A stretch of DNA of 64,000 bases from Chrysomallon squamiferum. Taxonomy: Eukaryota > Animalia > Mollusca. Positions 14,553 through 46,439 of this stretch are shown piece after piece. Location: contig CM022673.1 of the NCBI GenBank assembly GCA_012295275.1, forward strand, positions 15,066,001 to 15,130,000, given 5' to 3'. The notes below the pieces were generated by a model. The model saw nothing but the letters and a program-made list of their open reading frames with translations. It made no database searches and was not told where the DNA came from. Position numbers and translations under genes: made by a program. Position 1 is the first letter of the stretch; each line of letters begins with the position of its first letter.

Positions 14553-15360
14553 TGTAAATAAATAAATAAATAAATCTCTGAAATTCTGTTTATAGTAATG
14601 TGAATTCCTAGGTATAAGTATAAAATATAAACACGTGGATATTTTAATCTCTTTATTTATTAACGTTATTTTAATATATATATATATATATATATTTTGT
14701 TTGTTTGTTTGTTTATTTTATATTTTAAGCTCAGATTTCGCAAGGAAAAGAAACATTTGAAGATTTGGTGTTGGTACAAAAAGTGTCAGGATCGAATAGC
14801 GGAGAAGGCACGTCTCATTTCTGTCACGCGCATGTTAACGAGAGAAAGGTCACACTCAGCTCGCTAGTTAATAATTGCACAACGAGGTTACACTTGCCGC
14901 TTGCTGTGTGCTGGCCTAAACAACACAAACATACAAATATTTTCACTTTGTCAACAAAGAACAGAAATGTCCAGTCCGCTGTTCATTACGTGAAAAACGT
15001 AGGCCGTAACTGAAAGATAGACAGAGACAAAACCCAGCTTCTGAGAAGAGGCTACAACTGAATGGTTAGAATTCGAAACAGGAGAAAAGTTCAGTAAGAT
15101 GTAACAACAGAGGATATATTTTTGAAATATTTGCGAAGGTACAATAGTAAAATAGAACATTTGCAACGGAGGAATACACATTTAAAATCAGTTCGTAAAG
15201 GAGTCTTGGAAATACACTGAAACAAAGTAACAACACAGGAAAGACTTTTAAAGCCTTCGTGATTGTAATATTTTGTGACTCAGAACAGCCAGTTAAAAAT
15301 ATAACAGAAAATACGCGTTTAAAAGGCTTCGCAAAGAAGAAAACGCTTCTCTGAAATTGG

Positions 15361-15585
15361 ACACGATCAGGATATAGTACATGATTACGATTATATGTAT
15401 GATCAGGATACCTATACAACCAGGATCCAATTTATGATCAAGATTCATTACATGATAATGATGCAGTCAGTACACGATTAGGATACAGACAAGATCAGGA
15501 TACAGCATGTGATCTATATATATATATACACGATCAGGATTAAGTACATTATCAGGATACAATTTATGACCAGGATACAGAACAA
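15361..15585. repeat. Degenerate ~20-bp minisatellite (core gatcaggataca)
   Basis: Repeated gatcaggata(t/c)a / accaggat / gatcaagat cores at roughly 20-bp spacing. Confidence 0.75.
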
Positions 15586-15917
15586 AGGAAGACCGTGATT
15601 ATTAAAAATAGTTTCATAAGTTTTCGTGATTATTTTATTCGCCATATTAAATTAGAAGACTCATACACTGTGCATGGTTAAAAAGAGGAGATATTTCTGA
15701 AATTTTTAGACGAAAACACGATGTCCTTTTAAAAAAAAGAAGAAGGAAAACCGAATAAGAAAATAACGTGACTAAGAGATAGGAATAATTCAAAACCTTT
15801 GTGAAGTTAGTGTCATAATAATTTTTATTTTTATTTTCTTTCGCTTTCTTCCTTATCTAGGTTAAACGGTATCTCCCATTATTTCGGTATCTATTTTTAT
15901 CGCTACATAAATTCACC

Positions 15918-15951
<34 letters not shown>

Positions 15952-16431
15952 TAATATTCCTGCTTCTTGAATTTTATGTCGAAATTGTTTTAGTTCAGGA
16001 TTAACCTTTAAAACATAAAATAATATCTTACTTGGAAACGAACAGAGAAAGAAATCGGAAAAAGGCAAATGCTGTTGTTGTTTTTTTGTTATATGAACTC
16101 GTCCGTATTTGTGATATTCTGAAAACAGTTTTCTAGTACTGTTTATTTCGTATTTGAGATTTTAACAAAAACTGGCTTACAGGATTACTAGGAAACAATT
16201 ACGTTCCGGATTAAAATGTTAGTAGTAGACTGGTAAATTCTCGGAAATTCAAAATGTTCGTTTTATTTGGGCATATAATGAAACTGCTGGTTTTTATATA
16301 TTTTTTTTAATTTAAAAAACCAAACTTTCTTTCTGGATTTATTTTTTTTTTTTTTTTTTTTTTTTAAATTTCTTATTAATTATTGATGACTAAATCCCGG
16401 TTTCAAATTAATGAAATAAATAAAGAAATAA

Positions 16432-16467
<36 letters not shown>

Positions 16468-16655
16468 AAAAAAAAGAATGAAGTTCTTTAGGGACATATC
16501 TATTCTTTTCACAAGTGAGTTCAAAAAGTTGAGGCGTCTGAGAAAGTAGATATTCGGAGATAAAACCCAGCTTCAAAGACAACAAGTGAAAGAAGTGCTA
16601 TGAAGAAATAATTTTACTGGAAGTTTAATAAAACTGCGGTTTTTAAAATTTAATT

Positions 16656-23963
<7,308 letters not shown>

Positions 23964-23972
23964 TGTTCTATT

Positions 23973-23978
23973 AATAAA
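23973..23978 (+). promoter_or_regulatory. Candidate polyadenylation signal of GALNT-A
   Basis: AATAAA 10 nt after the stop codon, followed by U-rich sequence. Confidence 0.45.
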
Positions 23979-24174
23979 CGTATTCATTTGGCATGGTCAT
24001 TTTTATTTATTTTATTTCCTTTTAATTATTTATTTATTTATTTTTATTTTGAGTTCATTATTATAATAATTATTATAATTTTCATTATTATAATCAGTCT
24101 CATCGTCATCATAATTATCATTATAATTTTCATCATACTTGTGTTCTTAATGTATGTCTGTAATTATATATAAA

Positions 24175-24208
<34 letters not shown>

Positions 24209-24602
24209 TTTGTGTGTGTGTTTACTTATATTCATACACATGACATTGGAAATACCAACCGGGTCATAAGTAATCTGATATTTTTGATATTTCTCTAAAC
24301 ACGATTGTCAAATTCTTATTTGTATTGTATTATCACACATCTGTCAGACTATTTTTATACGAAACTGTGAGTCATCTCAAAAACTAGACGACTCACAGTT
24401 TTTAAAAGAAATACGCTGCTTGGTATCAGCGGAACATCAACAACTAATTTTAATAGTAATCGTAGTAGTAGTAGTTATAGTAGTAGTAGGAGTAGTAGTA
24501 GTAGTAACAGCAGCAGTGGTAGTGGTAGTAGTTACAAAAAGAATAATTAATTGTAGTAGTAGAAGTAGTAGTAGTAGTTGTAGTAGTAATAGTAGTAGTA
24601 GT

Positions 24603-24846
24603 CAGGTCCGTATGCAGAAATGAATATGGGCGGGATGCGAAATAACGGCGGAAAGGGTTGGTAGCGGGGGTCCGGTGGAATGCTCTTCAGCGCACTATTT
24701 TAAAATTTTAGAATGCAGGAGTTACATTTTCCTGCGTTCTACGAAGTAATTAGCAAGGGAGATAATGAAGTTAATGTCTATCAAAACGGATCCGCTGAAA
24801 AATTAACGACGTTGGCTCCTGCGCATAACGACGTAGGATCCGCCAT
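24603..24846. mobile_element. Degenerate MITE-like DNA-transposon remnant upstream of GALNT-B
   Basis: GC-richer block inserted after a (GTA)n run. Starts caggtccgta, ends ggatccgcca, with internal gggggtccgg...aaaattttagaatgcaggag...cattttcctgcg resembling invertebrate hAT-type MITEs. TIRs are imperfect and no clear TSD was found. Confidence 0.4.
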
Positions 24847-25236
24847 AACTGCAAACACTTTATACAGTTCACATCGTCGACAATTAATTCTTTGCTTAAT
24901 TATTTATTTTACATATTATTATTTAAAAAATTTTAAAAATTTATTTATTTTATTATTATTTTTAATTTGATTTTAAATTTTAATTAATTATTTATTTATT
25001 TTATGTTATTTTGTTTTGTTTTATTTTATTTTATTTATTTTGACATTGAAAACAGCACAACCAATTTACGTTTATATTAACTTTAACGTGATAAAATAAC
25101 AGTAAAATCATTATAGTACACTTGTGTATGTCGCAGCTACAACAGCCTGGATTCACGCATGGGCAAGAAAGCAACAGATGTTGCCTTCGCGTACGTCTTT
25201 CCTTTTTTTAGAAAAACGAAATACTGGTGATTCAGC

Positions 25237-35097
<9,861 letters not shown>

Positions 35098-35185
35098 CGT
35101 CACCATCCTCATTACTATTTCTAATTCTACTACTACCACAACTATGACTACTACTACATTAATTACTACCATTATTATTATTATT

Positions 35186-35217
<32 letters not shown>

Positions 35218-35383
35218 ATGATTCATTTTCATTATGTTCACAATTTGTATGTCTGTGTTCGTTTGTTGACTGTATCAATATAAAGGTGATGTGTACAAAA
35301 AAATACACACAGCTGTATATAAGCTTTGTTCACTAAATCTGTGTATAAATACTACTACTAATAACAACAACAACAACAACCAC

Positions 35384-35443
<60 letters not shown>

Positions 35444-36094
35444 TTAAAAGAACTCAATAAACTATAAAGAAATTAATCTTTTTCTGTCAAGATACATTTG
35501 AGGAAAATAAGTGTTTCCGGGTCCGCCCCGTATTTAGTCTTCTGCATAACAAGAAAAAAAAAAAAACCAACAAAAAAACCTACCCCCTCAAAAAAACAAA
35601 CAAAAAAAAACCCCAACAACAACGAGAAAAAGCTATGGTGACGCTGAAATCAATAATTCTTTATATTATACAGTTCAGTGATAAATATTTGTTATTAATA
35701 TCTTTTATTTTTGTTTCCGATATGTTTTCAAAACACGCGTACACAGAGAGATTAAACACACATAAACAGACAAACACAGTGACAAATATACACACGCATA
35801 GACAAATAAACAAAAACACGTATACATAAAAATACCATTATTTTGTTTGTTGTGTTTTTTATTCTTCTGTTGTTGTTTTTTTTTTTATCTTTTTCTTTTA
35901 CTCATTTTATATTTATTATTATTATTTTATTCAGTTTGGGTTTTATGTATTTTTGTTTATGAATGTACAAAATTTATAACAACGACAAAAAATCTGTGAG
36001 CAATGAAAGATGTTTTGAACTTGGCAGCAATATACATATATATAGTCTGTTATAATATAGTATGTGTGTGTTTGTGTGTATCTGTTTGTTTGTT

Positions 36095-36204
<110 letters not shown>

Positions 36205-36287
36205 AATTTTATTTACAAGAACATGTCTACAAGTGCTAATATAGTAAATGTATTTATGTAGCTAGCGGCTAAAACAGCGACCAGACA

Positions 36288-36440
36288 ATAACACATTCAA
36301 TTCTGGTGTGAGGTGTGATGTTATCAGAAAACTGAAAGGTGCTTCAGGCTGCAGTGTATCACAATGCATTATCTCACTGAATAATGTAGATACACTTGTA
36401 TACACGTGTACATAGAACATATGTATGTTACAGAAAACAT

Positions 36441-36509
<69 letters not shown>

Positions 36510-36655
36510 ACATTCACATTCAATTCTTGTGTGAGGTGTGATGTTATCAGAAAACTGAAAGGTGCTTCAGGCTGCAGTGTATCACAATGCATTAACTGAA
36601 TTATGTATACACTTTGTATACACGTGTACATAGAACATATGTTACAGAAAAACAT

Positions 36656-36697
<42 letters not shown>
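36288..36697 (+). mobile_element. Two tandem copies of a ~155-bp (GA)n-associated interspersed element
   Basis: Copies 36288-36443 and 36507-36658 (aacacattcaattct...tgaggtgtgatgttatcagaaaactgaaaggtgcttcaggctgcag...gttacagaaaacatttt), each followed by (GA)n. Confidence 0.8.
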
Positions 36698-36702
<5 letters not shown>

Positions 36703-37247
36703 AAAGAGATTAAACCGTAAAAAAACGAGAGTATAATAATAAAAAAAATAAAAAAAATAAAAAAAAATTATTTACTGCCAGTCCCCACTTTTTATTTTAT
36801 TTTATTTTATTTTAATGTTATGATTGGTAAAGAGCAATAGGTGTATCTGTTGCCAGGAGCGTTTTATTGACAAATATTAATACGGTTAGAGACAGAAAAT
36901 ATGCGATAGATGCAGTAGGGACAATTGATTACACGACTTCAGTGTTTGTCTAAACTCTGATCGAAATCGTGTACTAACACGTGTGTGTTATTTCTGTAAC
37001 AGATGTGTTGCTCATGGAAATATTTTTATTTTGTTGTTACATGTATGAAAATATACATGCGAGAAATAATCACCCAAATTAGTACTCAAATTAATACTCA
37101 AATTCTAACAGACACAATTATTTGTTGTCCAAACAAATATTATTTTCATTTCATTTTTTATTTTTATTAGGTTTTTTTTAATTAAGCTGTATGAATTTCA
37201 AATTTTCTTAATAAAAAGTTATCATTTATCTAATAAAAAAAAAGGAA

Positions 37248-37308
<61 letters not shown>

Positions 37309-37507
37309 TCCCTAACGCAGTCAGTTTCGTAAAGTTATTTTTGATTACTATCAATTTATAATAGCCCGAAACATTGCTTCGGGTTATCTACATCCTTAAA
37401 TATGATGTCACGTTACCAAGCTTCGGGGGTTCCGTTAAAACGCAGGACTGGAAAAACAGGGCGGTGTGGTAAGATAATGTGTTCACATTTTAAACAGGTG
37501 ACAAAGT

Positions 37508-37987
37508 ATGAGGGTCGTAAGATTTCGTAGGATAAAAGCTAAAATCGTATTCTATTGCATCTTCTTTCTTGTCGGATTATTTTTCCTCTACAATAACTGG
37601 GCGATCGTGAAAACGTCCGAATCGGCTGAGGTTAACAGCGATGTTCTGAAACTGAGATACAAACGATTTGAGGAGTATCAGAAGGCCGAGGCGTACAGGA
37701 CGGGGCCCGGGGAACATGGCGAGCCGGTGTATTTAGAAGGGGAAGAAAAAGAAAAAGCCATGCAACTAATGTCAGTGGAAGCCTTCAACAGAATTGCCAG
37801 CGATAAGATTTCTTTACAGCGAGCAATCAGGGACATGCGCGATCCGAGGTTTGTACTAAGTTTCGTTCATAGTTGATTTAAGGATACAGTAGAGGGTAAT
37901 GAAATTTTTAATTTTTAAAAATAATTTTTATATTTTTAATTATTATTGTTGTTGTTATTATTATTCGGTTTATTTTTTTTTTAAAGG

Positions 37988-38045
<58 letters not shown>

Positions 38046-39631
38046 TATTGTATTATAATTCATTTGGAGTAAATTATTATTTATTAATTTTATAACGAAT
38101 TTTACAATTAACTTTGATAATTCTAGATGTCATGTCGTAACTTACCCGAAGGATTTACCAACTGCCAGCGTTGTCATCATCTACCACAACGAAGCGTGGT
38201 CACCGTTGTTGCGTACAGTTCACAGCGTTATCAACAGGTCACCACCACAGTACCTGCACGAAGTCGTCCTTCTAGACGACTTTAGTGATAAACGTAAGAC
38301 TGCTAAATTATCTTTAGTTATTATTAATCTAGTAGTAGTAGCAATAGTGCCTAGTGATAGTGGAATAGTAATACTAGTACTAGTTCTTGCAAGTAATGTA
38401 GTAATATCAGTAGTAGTGGTGGTGGGATAGCAGTAGTGGTAATAGTAGTAACAGTAGCAGCATTAGCAGCAGTAGCAGTAGTAGTAGTTGTAATAGAGTA
38501 GTAGCAGTTATAGCAATGGTAGAAGTAGAGTAATAGTAATTGTAGCAGTAGCAGTAGTAGTTGTACAGGAATAGTAGTAGTAGTAATAATAGTAGAACTG
38601 TTAGTAGTAATGATAATAACTATAGTACAAGAAGAGGTGATGGTGGTAGTAGTATTATAACTGGTGGTAGTAGTATTATAACTAGCAGTAGTAGTATTAA
38701 TGCTTGTAGTAATAGTAATAGTAGTTGTGGTATTAGTAGTAGTAATAGTAATAGTAGTAGTAGTAGTAGTAGAAGTAGTACTGGTAGTAGTAATGTTCTC
38801 GCCCCTAAGTAAATATTTGTTATAACGAAATAATAGTTGTGAAAATATGAAACTATTTTACAGCTCACCTTGGGGACAAGTTAAAAAAGTACGTTACTTC
38901 CACGTGGCCAGATGGCATAGTAAAGATGGCAAGAACCAATGAACGAAGTGGTCTCATCAAAGCGAAAATAGAGGGTGCTAAAGTGGCCACTGGTGACGTC
39001 ATCATATTCCTCGATTCTCATTGTGAAGCGAACAATGGATGGTAATGTTTGGTTTCTCTGTCTCACTTTATGTCTATCTCTCATTATCTGTATATCTCTG
39101 TATATTTCTGTATGTCTCTGAATATCTCTGCACATCTCTGATTATCTCTGACTATCTCTGTTTATCTCTGCATATCTCAGTATATCTCTGTATATCTCTG
39201 AATATCTGAATATCTCTGTATATGTATGAATATCTCTGTATATCTCTGTTTATCTCTGATTATCTCTGAATATCTATATCTCTACATATCTCTGTATATC
39301 TCTGTTTATATCTGCATATCTCAGTATAATCTCTGAATATCTATGAATATCTATGAATATCTCTGTATATCTCTGCATATCAATGCATATCTCTGAATAT
39401 CTCTGACTATCTCTGTAAATCTCTGTAGATTTCTGAATATCTCTATATATCTGAATATCTCTGTATATATATCTCTATATCTCACTCTATCTCTCACTCT
39501 ATATCTCTGTATCATACTGTCTCTCTATATCTTTTTCTCACTGCCACTGCATCTCTCTTTCTCTCTCTGTACATATATATATATATATATCTGTCTTTAT
39601 CTATCTTTCTCTGTTAACTATTTGCCTGTTA

Positions 39632-39695
<64 letters not shown>

Positions 39696-39844
39696 ACGTT
39701 TTTCTGTAACATACATATGTTCTATGTACACGTGTATACAAGTGTATCTACATTATTCAGTGAGATAATGCATTGTGATACACTGCAGCCTGAAGCACCT
39801 TTCAGTTTTCTGATAACATCACACCTCACACAAGAATTGAATGT

Positions 39845-39939
<95 letters not shown>

Positions 39940-40698
39940 ATCTCTCTATCTTTCTGCCTACTGGTGCATTCACTCTCTCACTTTCTGTGTCTCATTAGGT
40001 TTTTTTTCTCTACAAGATACTTTATCTATACTAGTATGCGGTCACGCTTTCTTATTTCCTTTCTTCTCGCATATTGTCTGTCTCGCACAGCTGCATACAC
40101 ACCTACATACACTCATGTACATACATAACACACATACAAACAGACATACATATATACATACATGTAGATACGCACGTATTCATAAACGTACACAAATATA
40201 CACATAAACACATATGCAGATACATTTAGAAACATAAAGACACATTATCATACACATTTATCGTTATACTCACATTTGTATCATATTTGCCATTCGTCGG
40301 TCTATCCTTCCACACATCCATCCATCTATGTATTACTTATCTATCCGTCTGTCTGACATATTGTCGATCTAAAGTTGGTTTGATGTCAATAAGTCTTACT
40401 ACTAGATGACTGAAAATGTTTAATACTGAATATATTAATCACAATATCAACTAAAATAATCGGTTGAAAATTTTCAGGTTGGAACCGATTCTTGCCAGGA
40501 TCAAAGAAAACAGGAAAACGATTATTTGTCCGATTATCGATTCCATCAACGATGATACATTAGAATATTCTAAAAATGGCGGCTATAATGTTGGCGGGTT
40601 TTCGTGGAGCATGCACTTCACGTGGAGAGATATTCCCGATAGGTTAAAGGTCAACCGAAAATATACTGATCCAATAGAGTAAGTTCGTGTTAATTACT

Positions 40699-40781
<83 letters not shown>

Positions 40782-41081
40782 ACACAAACACACACACACA
40801 ACAACACAACAACAACACTAAATAAATAAATATTTATTATTATTATCTTTTTTTTTATTAAAATATATTTGTGTTGTTGTTATTGTTGTTGTTGTTGTTG
40901 TTGTTGTTCTTATTATTATTAATATTATTTACAGATCTCCAACTATGGCAGGCGGGCTGTTAGCAGTAGACAGAAAATATTTTTTTGAGATTGGTGCTTA
41001 TGATCCTGGAATGGAAGTCTGGGGTGGAGAAAATCTAGAAATTTCATTTAGAGTAAGAACTAATATAATAAAAAATTATTT

Positions 41082-41166
<85 letters not shown>

Positions 41167-43028
41167 TCGTTTTACATTTACGTTTTCTATTTTGCATTCT
41201 TTGTTATTAAACAGTTATTTATTAACAGGCGGTCTAAGAGGAATAAATCATGTCAGTACAGTTATTTCCCTTAGGAAATAAATACTAGTTATTTCCCTTA
41301 GTTTATTATCTTTTAACCGTATACTTATTTACTTATTTTTATTTTATTATTTTCTTTATTTTTTTTTCTCTCTCTAAGTCTGTCTGTCTGTCTAATTAAT
41401 TTATTTATTTATTTATTTATACAGTAACTGTTTTTGTTCTATTGCTACTTAAGCCTGACTAAACACTAATAATTATCTTTAACAATAAAAATATTACAGT
41501 TACATTATCATTATCAAATTTCACTTTTAATTCAGGTTTGGATGTGTGGTGGGAAAATGGAATTTTTACCTTGTTCCAGAGTTGGACATATTTACAGATC
41601 TAGTCATCCATATACATTTCCAGGTAAACAGTTTCATTAATAACTGAGAATAGTTATTATTGTTGTTGTTTTTACTATTGCTATTATTATTATTATTATT
41701 AATCTTATTCTTATGTTATTGTTATTAATATTGTTGTTATTGTTATTGTTATTGTTGTTATTATTATTATTATAGTTGTTGTTATTAATATTGTCATTAT
41801 TATTATTATTACTATTATTGTTATTATTGTTGTTTTTATTGTTCTCATAATTACTATTATTATTTTTATTGTTGTTGTTATTTATTTTTGCTGTTATTGT
41901 TGTTATTATTTTTAATATTACTGCATTATTTTTATGGTTGTTGTCATTATTGATATTTATTTATTTTTGTTGTTCTTATTATTACTACCATTATTGTTAC
42001 TATTGTTTCTTTTTATTGTTATTGTTATTGTTGTTATTATTATTATTATTATTATTAGAATAATATATGAAATAATTTTAATGTAGTTATCTAAGTAAAT
42101 TGATTTTGAACCATTTATTTATTTGTTTGTTTGTTTGTTTGTTTATTTATTTATATAGGTAATAAGGACACTCATGGACTGAATTCTATGAGAGTAGCTG
42201 AAGTCTGGATGGATGATTATAAAAGACTGTTTTACAATCATCGCAAAGATTTAGTTGTAAGTTAAACAGTTATATTAATAATAGTTGTAGTCATTATCAT
42301 CACAGTAGTAGTAGTTGTTAGTTTCATACTAGCACTTGTGGTAATAGTATTACTAGTAGTAATGATTGTAGTAGTAATAGTAGAGTAACAGAGGTAGTAT
42401 TAGTGGCAGTAATAGTAGTAGTAGTTATGGTAGTAGTAAAAGCAATAACATAGTCATAATAATGATGGTGATGATGATTATTATTATTATTACTATGTGG
42501 AAATACATTGTTATAAAAATATTGTGGTTTAGAAATGTAACTGAGGATGTATTTATAATTAAAATATTTTCTGTAGATTCTGATTAAAGTAAAATGAGAC
42601 GAATTTCATTGTAACTGCAAATCGGTAACCATTTAAAAACTGTGTGTAAATCCACTGAAGGATAAATCACACTTGTACAGTCTTCTGAGTTCTTTACCCG
42701 CGACAATGTTAGTATGTTAGAAGATTAAATTACATAAGACTGGTTCATCTTGATTGTTTTGATTTTTTGATCTTGGACAGGGAAAGGACTATGGAGATGT
42801 ATCTGAAAGAAAAGCTTTAAGAAAGAAACTCGGCTGTAAAGATTTCAAATGGTTTTTAGACAACGTGTATCCAGAGAAGTTTGTCATTGATGAAAATGTA
42901 AAAGCATGGGGAATGGTATGTGATAGGTTTATTAGGTTTAATTTAAAAAAATATATATTATTTTTTTTTGGATGCATTGAAAATAAAAATCAAACATTAT
43001 GCTTTAGTTTTCAATAAAGTTATGCATC

Positions 43029-43125
<97 letters not shown>

Positions 43126-45370
43126 CCCCCCAGTTCTCCTAATGCTATTGATGTATTTGTGTTTGTTTCAGATTCAAAACAAACCGTCCAGCCTTTGTTT
43201 TGATTCTTTGCACAGAGATGACAAAATCGAGTATGATGTTGGTTTATATTTCTGTCAGGAAGGAAACAGCATGAATCAGGTAATTATTTCCAGCTGTTTA
43301 AAATTATTGTTACTGATATCAGCAAACAGGTCTGAAAAAAAATAATAAAATAAAAAACCTCAGGATGCAATCAGGCTTAGAGTTTTTCTTTTGTGATGAC
43401 TTCATCTCGTTGATAGAAATGTTACAAAAAGTCCCGACACACTGAGGATACTGAACCGTTTTGTCATCTTTACTCAGTCCGAATATGTATTATTTGTACC
43501 TACCCATTAACAGGAAAACACATATCATAGCCTTTGATAAACCAACTAATGGAACTGAACAGGAATTCTAAAAACATTCACATATTAAGACGCTGAAGTA
43601 TTAATTTTAGACATTCTTTTTTATTCTTAGGTATTTTCATACAGTAAAAATGATGAACTGAGAAGAGAAGAGGCATGTTTGAATGCCGAGTCAAATGATG
43701 GAAGTGTTGCCCGGATGTTAACGTGTGAGAAAAATAAGCCAACAATGAAATGGAAATATAACAAGGTACGATCATCTTTTTCTATTTTAGCATTTCATTA
43801 TTTATTTATTGCCACCACCACCACCACCACTACTACTATAAACTGTTGTTTTGTTGTTGTCGTCGTCGTTATTGTTTTAATTAGATCAAAAATGCTAACT
43901 GAATAAACAGTGCTAGTTCCGCAAGTTCTGAAAAGAGTATGCCTCATAAATTCGACAGATATTATTTCAATGATGATGCGAGTTCCATTATTGAAAAAAG
44001 ATCTACTGGACAATATAAGAAACTGACACACACACACACACACACGCACACACAACTGTTATATTAGAAGGTCATTCTGAGAAAAGTATCGCTGACACTT
44101 TCAATATAGCAGCCAGCAGAGCGATTCGAACTCGATGCCTACCAGTTTTTTTTAATACTTTAATTTAAGTACAGGCCCTCCTAAACGGTTCAAGAATAGG
44201 GAAGAAATAAAAATACTTTTGGCCGTGGGCGTTAAGTAAGTACTTTGACAATCTAGATCTGTAACGCAAATGCTATATTAGTAGCGAATTAACTAAAAAT
44301 AAACTTTTTTTTTCTTCTGCGTGCGACTCTGTGATCATGTCGAAGTAGCGTGCTATCAGATTAAACGATTCAGTTCGCGTCTTAAGGACATTTTGTGCAG
44401 ACGGTCAAGTGGCCGCAGCCATACGATAACCGAACAAGACTTTCGCAATATTTGACTGTAGTGCAGTAGTAGCTGTAGTAGTAGTAGTATGTAGTAGTAG
44501 TAGTAGTTGTTGTTGTACTAGTAATAGAGGTTTTAGTGGTAGTAGTAGTAGTAGTAGTAGCAGCCAGTGATGATAGTGGTGATAGTAGTAGTAGTAGAAG
44601 TCATAGTAATAATAGTAATAGTAGCAGGTATTAGTAATATTAGTGATAGTACTGGTAGTAGTGGTAGTCATAGTAGTTGTATTAATAGTAGTAAATAATT
44701 ATAGTAGTAGTAGTAATTTTAGTAGTAGAAGCAATAATACTAGTGATACTAGTGTTAGTTGTTGTAGTTGTAGTGGTAGTGGCACTGATAGTGAGATAGT
44801 AGTAGTAATAATGGTGGTAGTAACTGTTAGTAGTAGTAGTAGCAGTAGTAGTTGTAGTAGTAGTAATTTTAGTAGTAATATGCTTATAGCAGTAGATGTA
44901 ACAGAAACAGTGCTAGAAGCAACAGTAGTAATAGTGTGATTGTTTTGGTTGTAATACTAGTATTAACAGTAATGACAGGACTGTAGTCATAGTAATATTT
45001 GCAGTAGTAGTAGTAGTGTAAGCAGAGGTAGTGTTGTAGTCGTAGTAATTATTACAGAAGTAGTAGTAGAAAAAGCAGATTAAAGCCCATGAACTTTATT
45101 TCTAATGAAATCATGTTTTGTTGAAGAAAGTAAATCAGAAAGCGTCAAATACACATACTCGTTTGTTTCTTGATTTAGTCAGCTACTTAACAGGAGACAC
45201 GAAATCATATCAGTTTTGTTTCTCGATTTCAGGAAACTGGTGCGTTGATCAACAAAGTGACAGGGAAATGTCTAGACAAGGCGAATGTGGGAAGCGGGGG
45301 TCTGTTGATCGTTGGAACATGTACTGGGGCAGATACTCAGAAATGGACTTTTCAACATTTAGTTAGCTGA
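37508..45370 (+). CDS. Polypeptide N-acetylgalactosaminyltransferase (GT27) copy C, intact, ~568 aa, close paralog of copy B
   Basis: Exons 37508-37848, 38127-38293, 38864-39041, 40478-40678, 40935-41052, 41536-41623, 42159-42256, 42781-42915, 43172-43279, 43631-43765, 45233-45370 (TGA); total 1707 nt. Intron positions are identical to copy B. Motifs [34 protein letters not shown] and a lectin domain. Confidence 0.95.
39084..39510. repeat. 10-bp tandem repeat ((t/a/c)atatctctg)n in GALNT-C intron 3
   Basis: Dozens of tatatctctg/aatatctctg/catatctctg units. Confidence 0.9.
39693..39849 (-). mobile_element. Third, inverted copy of the ~155-bp (GA)n-associated element
   Basis: Reverse complement is nearly identical to 36288-36443; embedded within (TC)n on both sides. 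Confidence 0.85.
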
Positions 45371-45520
45371 TACTTAAAATATTTATAAAACAGCGATAGG
45401 TCCAGAGTTTTATTTTATTTTTTTTTTTTTTTTTTTTTTTATCTTTATTTTTCACATCAAGGATCTCGTCAATTCTGACCGTTACAGAGTTCCCAGAAGT
45501 GCCTGAATAAAAATAATAAA

Positions 45521-45553
<33 letters not shown>

Positions 45554-45982
45554 GTTGATGATGATGATGATAATAATAATAATAATGATAATAATAATAA
45601 TAATGATGATGATGATGATGCCTACAAAAAGCCTATATGCATAATTCATACATACATACATCCACACATACATGCACCCATTAACAAACATACATATATA
45701 CGTACATACATACACGTACATGAAAAAGCACAGTATTATTTATTTGATACAAAACTGTTTGATGCAAAGCAGATTACAACTAATGAAACAATTCTTCATA
45801 ATGACTAAGATGGATCTATTTTTATTTTACTGCTTTTATTTTATTTTATTTTACATATTATCGCATTGTATCATTACTGTTAATAAAACATTTTCATATT
45901 CCTGAGTTGTATCGTTAATAATTATCTCTCATTTTCTGTAGCCGATGATTTTATTTTTTATATAACAGATGTACACATACAC

Positions 45983-46058
<76 letters not shown>

Positions 46059-46298
46059 AAACGTCTATTTCTAAAACTTATTCTCTAACACAGATATAAA
46101 ACTCAGCATCTTTCTGGCTCAAAATCGTATAATCAATATAATCGATTTTAAAAGGAAGAAAAAGTAAAACAAATTAAAAACAAAATAGAAGAGAGAAAAA
46201 AAAAAAAAAGAAAAAAAAAAAATAAACATCAAAATCCTCTCAAGGTGATTCCTATAGCTTACGAACACGAATACTGATTTCACTTCCTGCTATTTCTT

Positions 46299-46332
<34 letters not shown>

Positions 46333-46439
46333 AAAAAAGAAAAAGAAAATAGAAAAAAAAAACAAGAAAAAAAAAAAAAAAAAAAAAAGAGCACAAGAAA
46401 ATTATACAACACGTATTATGAACCGACATCGTTTTGTTA

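Noticed and set aside
14765-14935. Possible tRNA-derived SINE remnant (also B-box-like words near 22964, 44120 and 59925)
   Set aside because: Only loose GTTCRA-like words, with no cloverleaf, no A-box pairing and no second copy in the window.
36262-36655. Repeated peptide [21 protein letters not shown] in three ORFs
   Set aside because: Translation of the 155-bp non-coding repeat, not a gene family.
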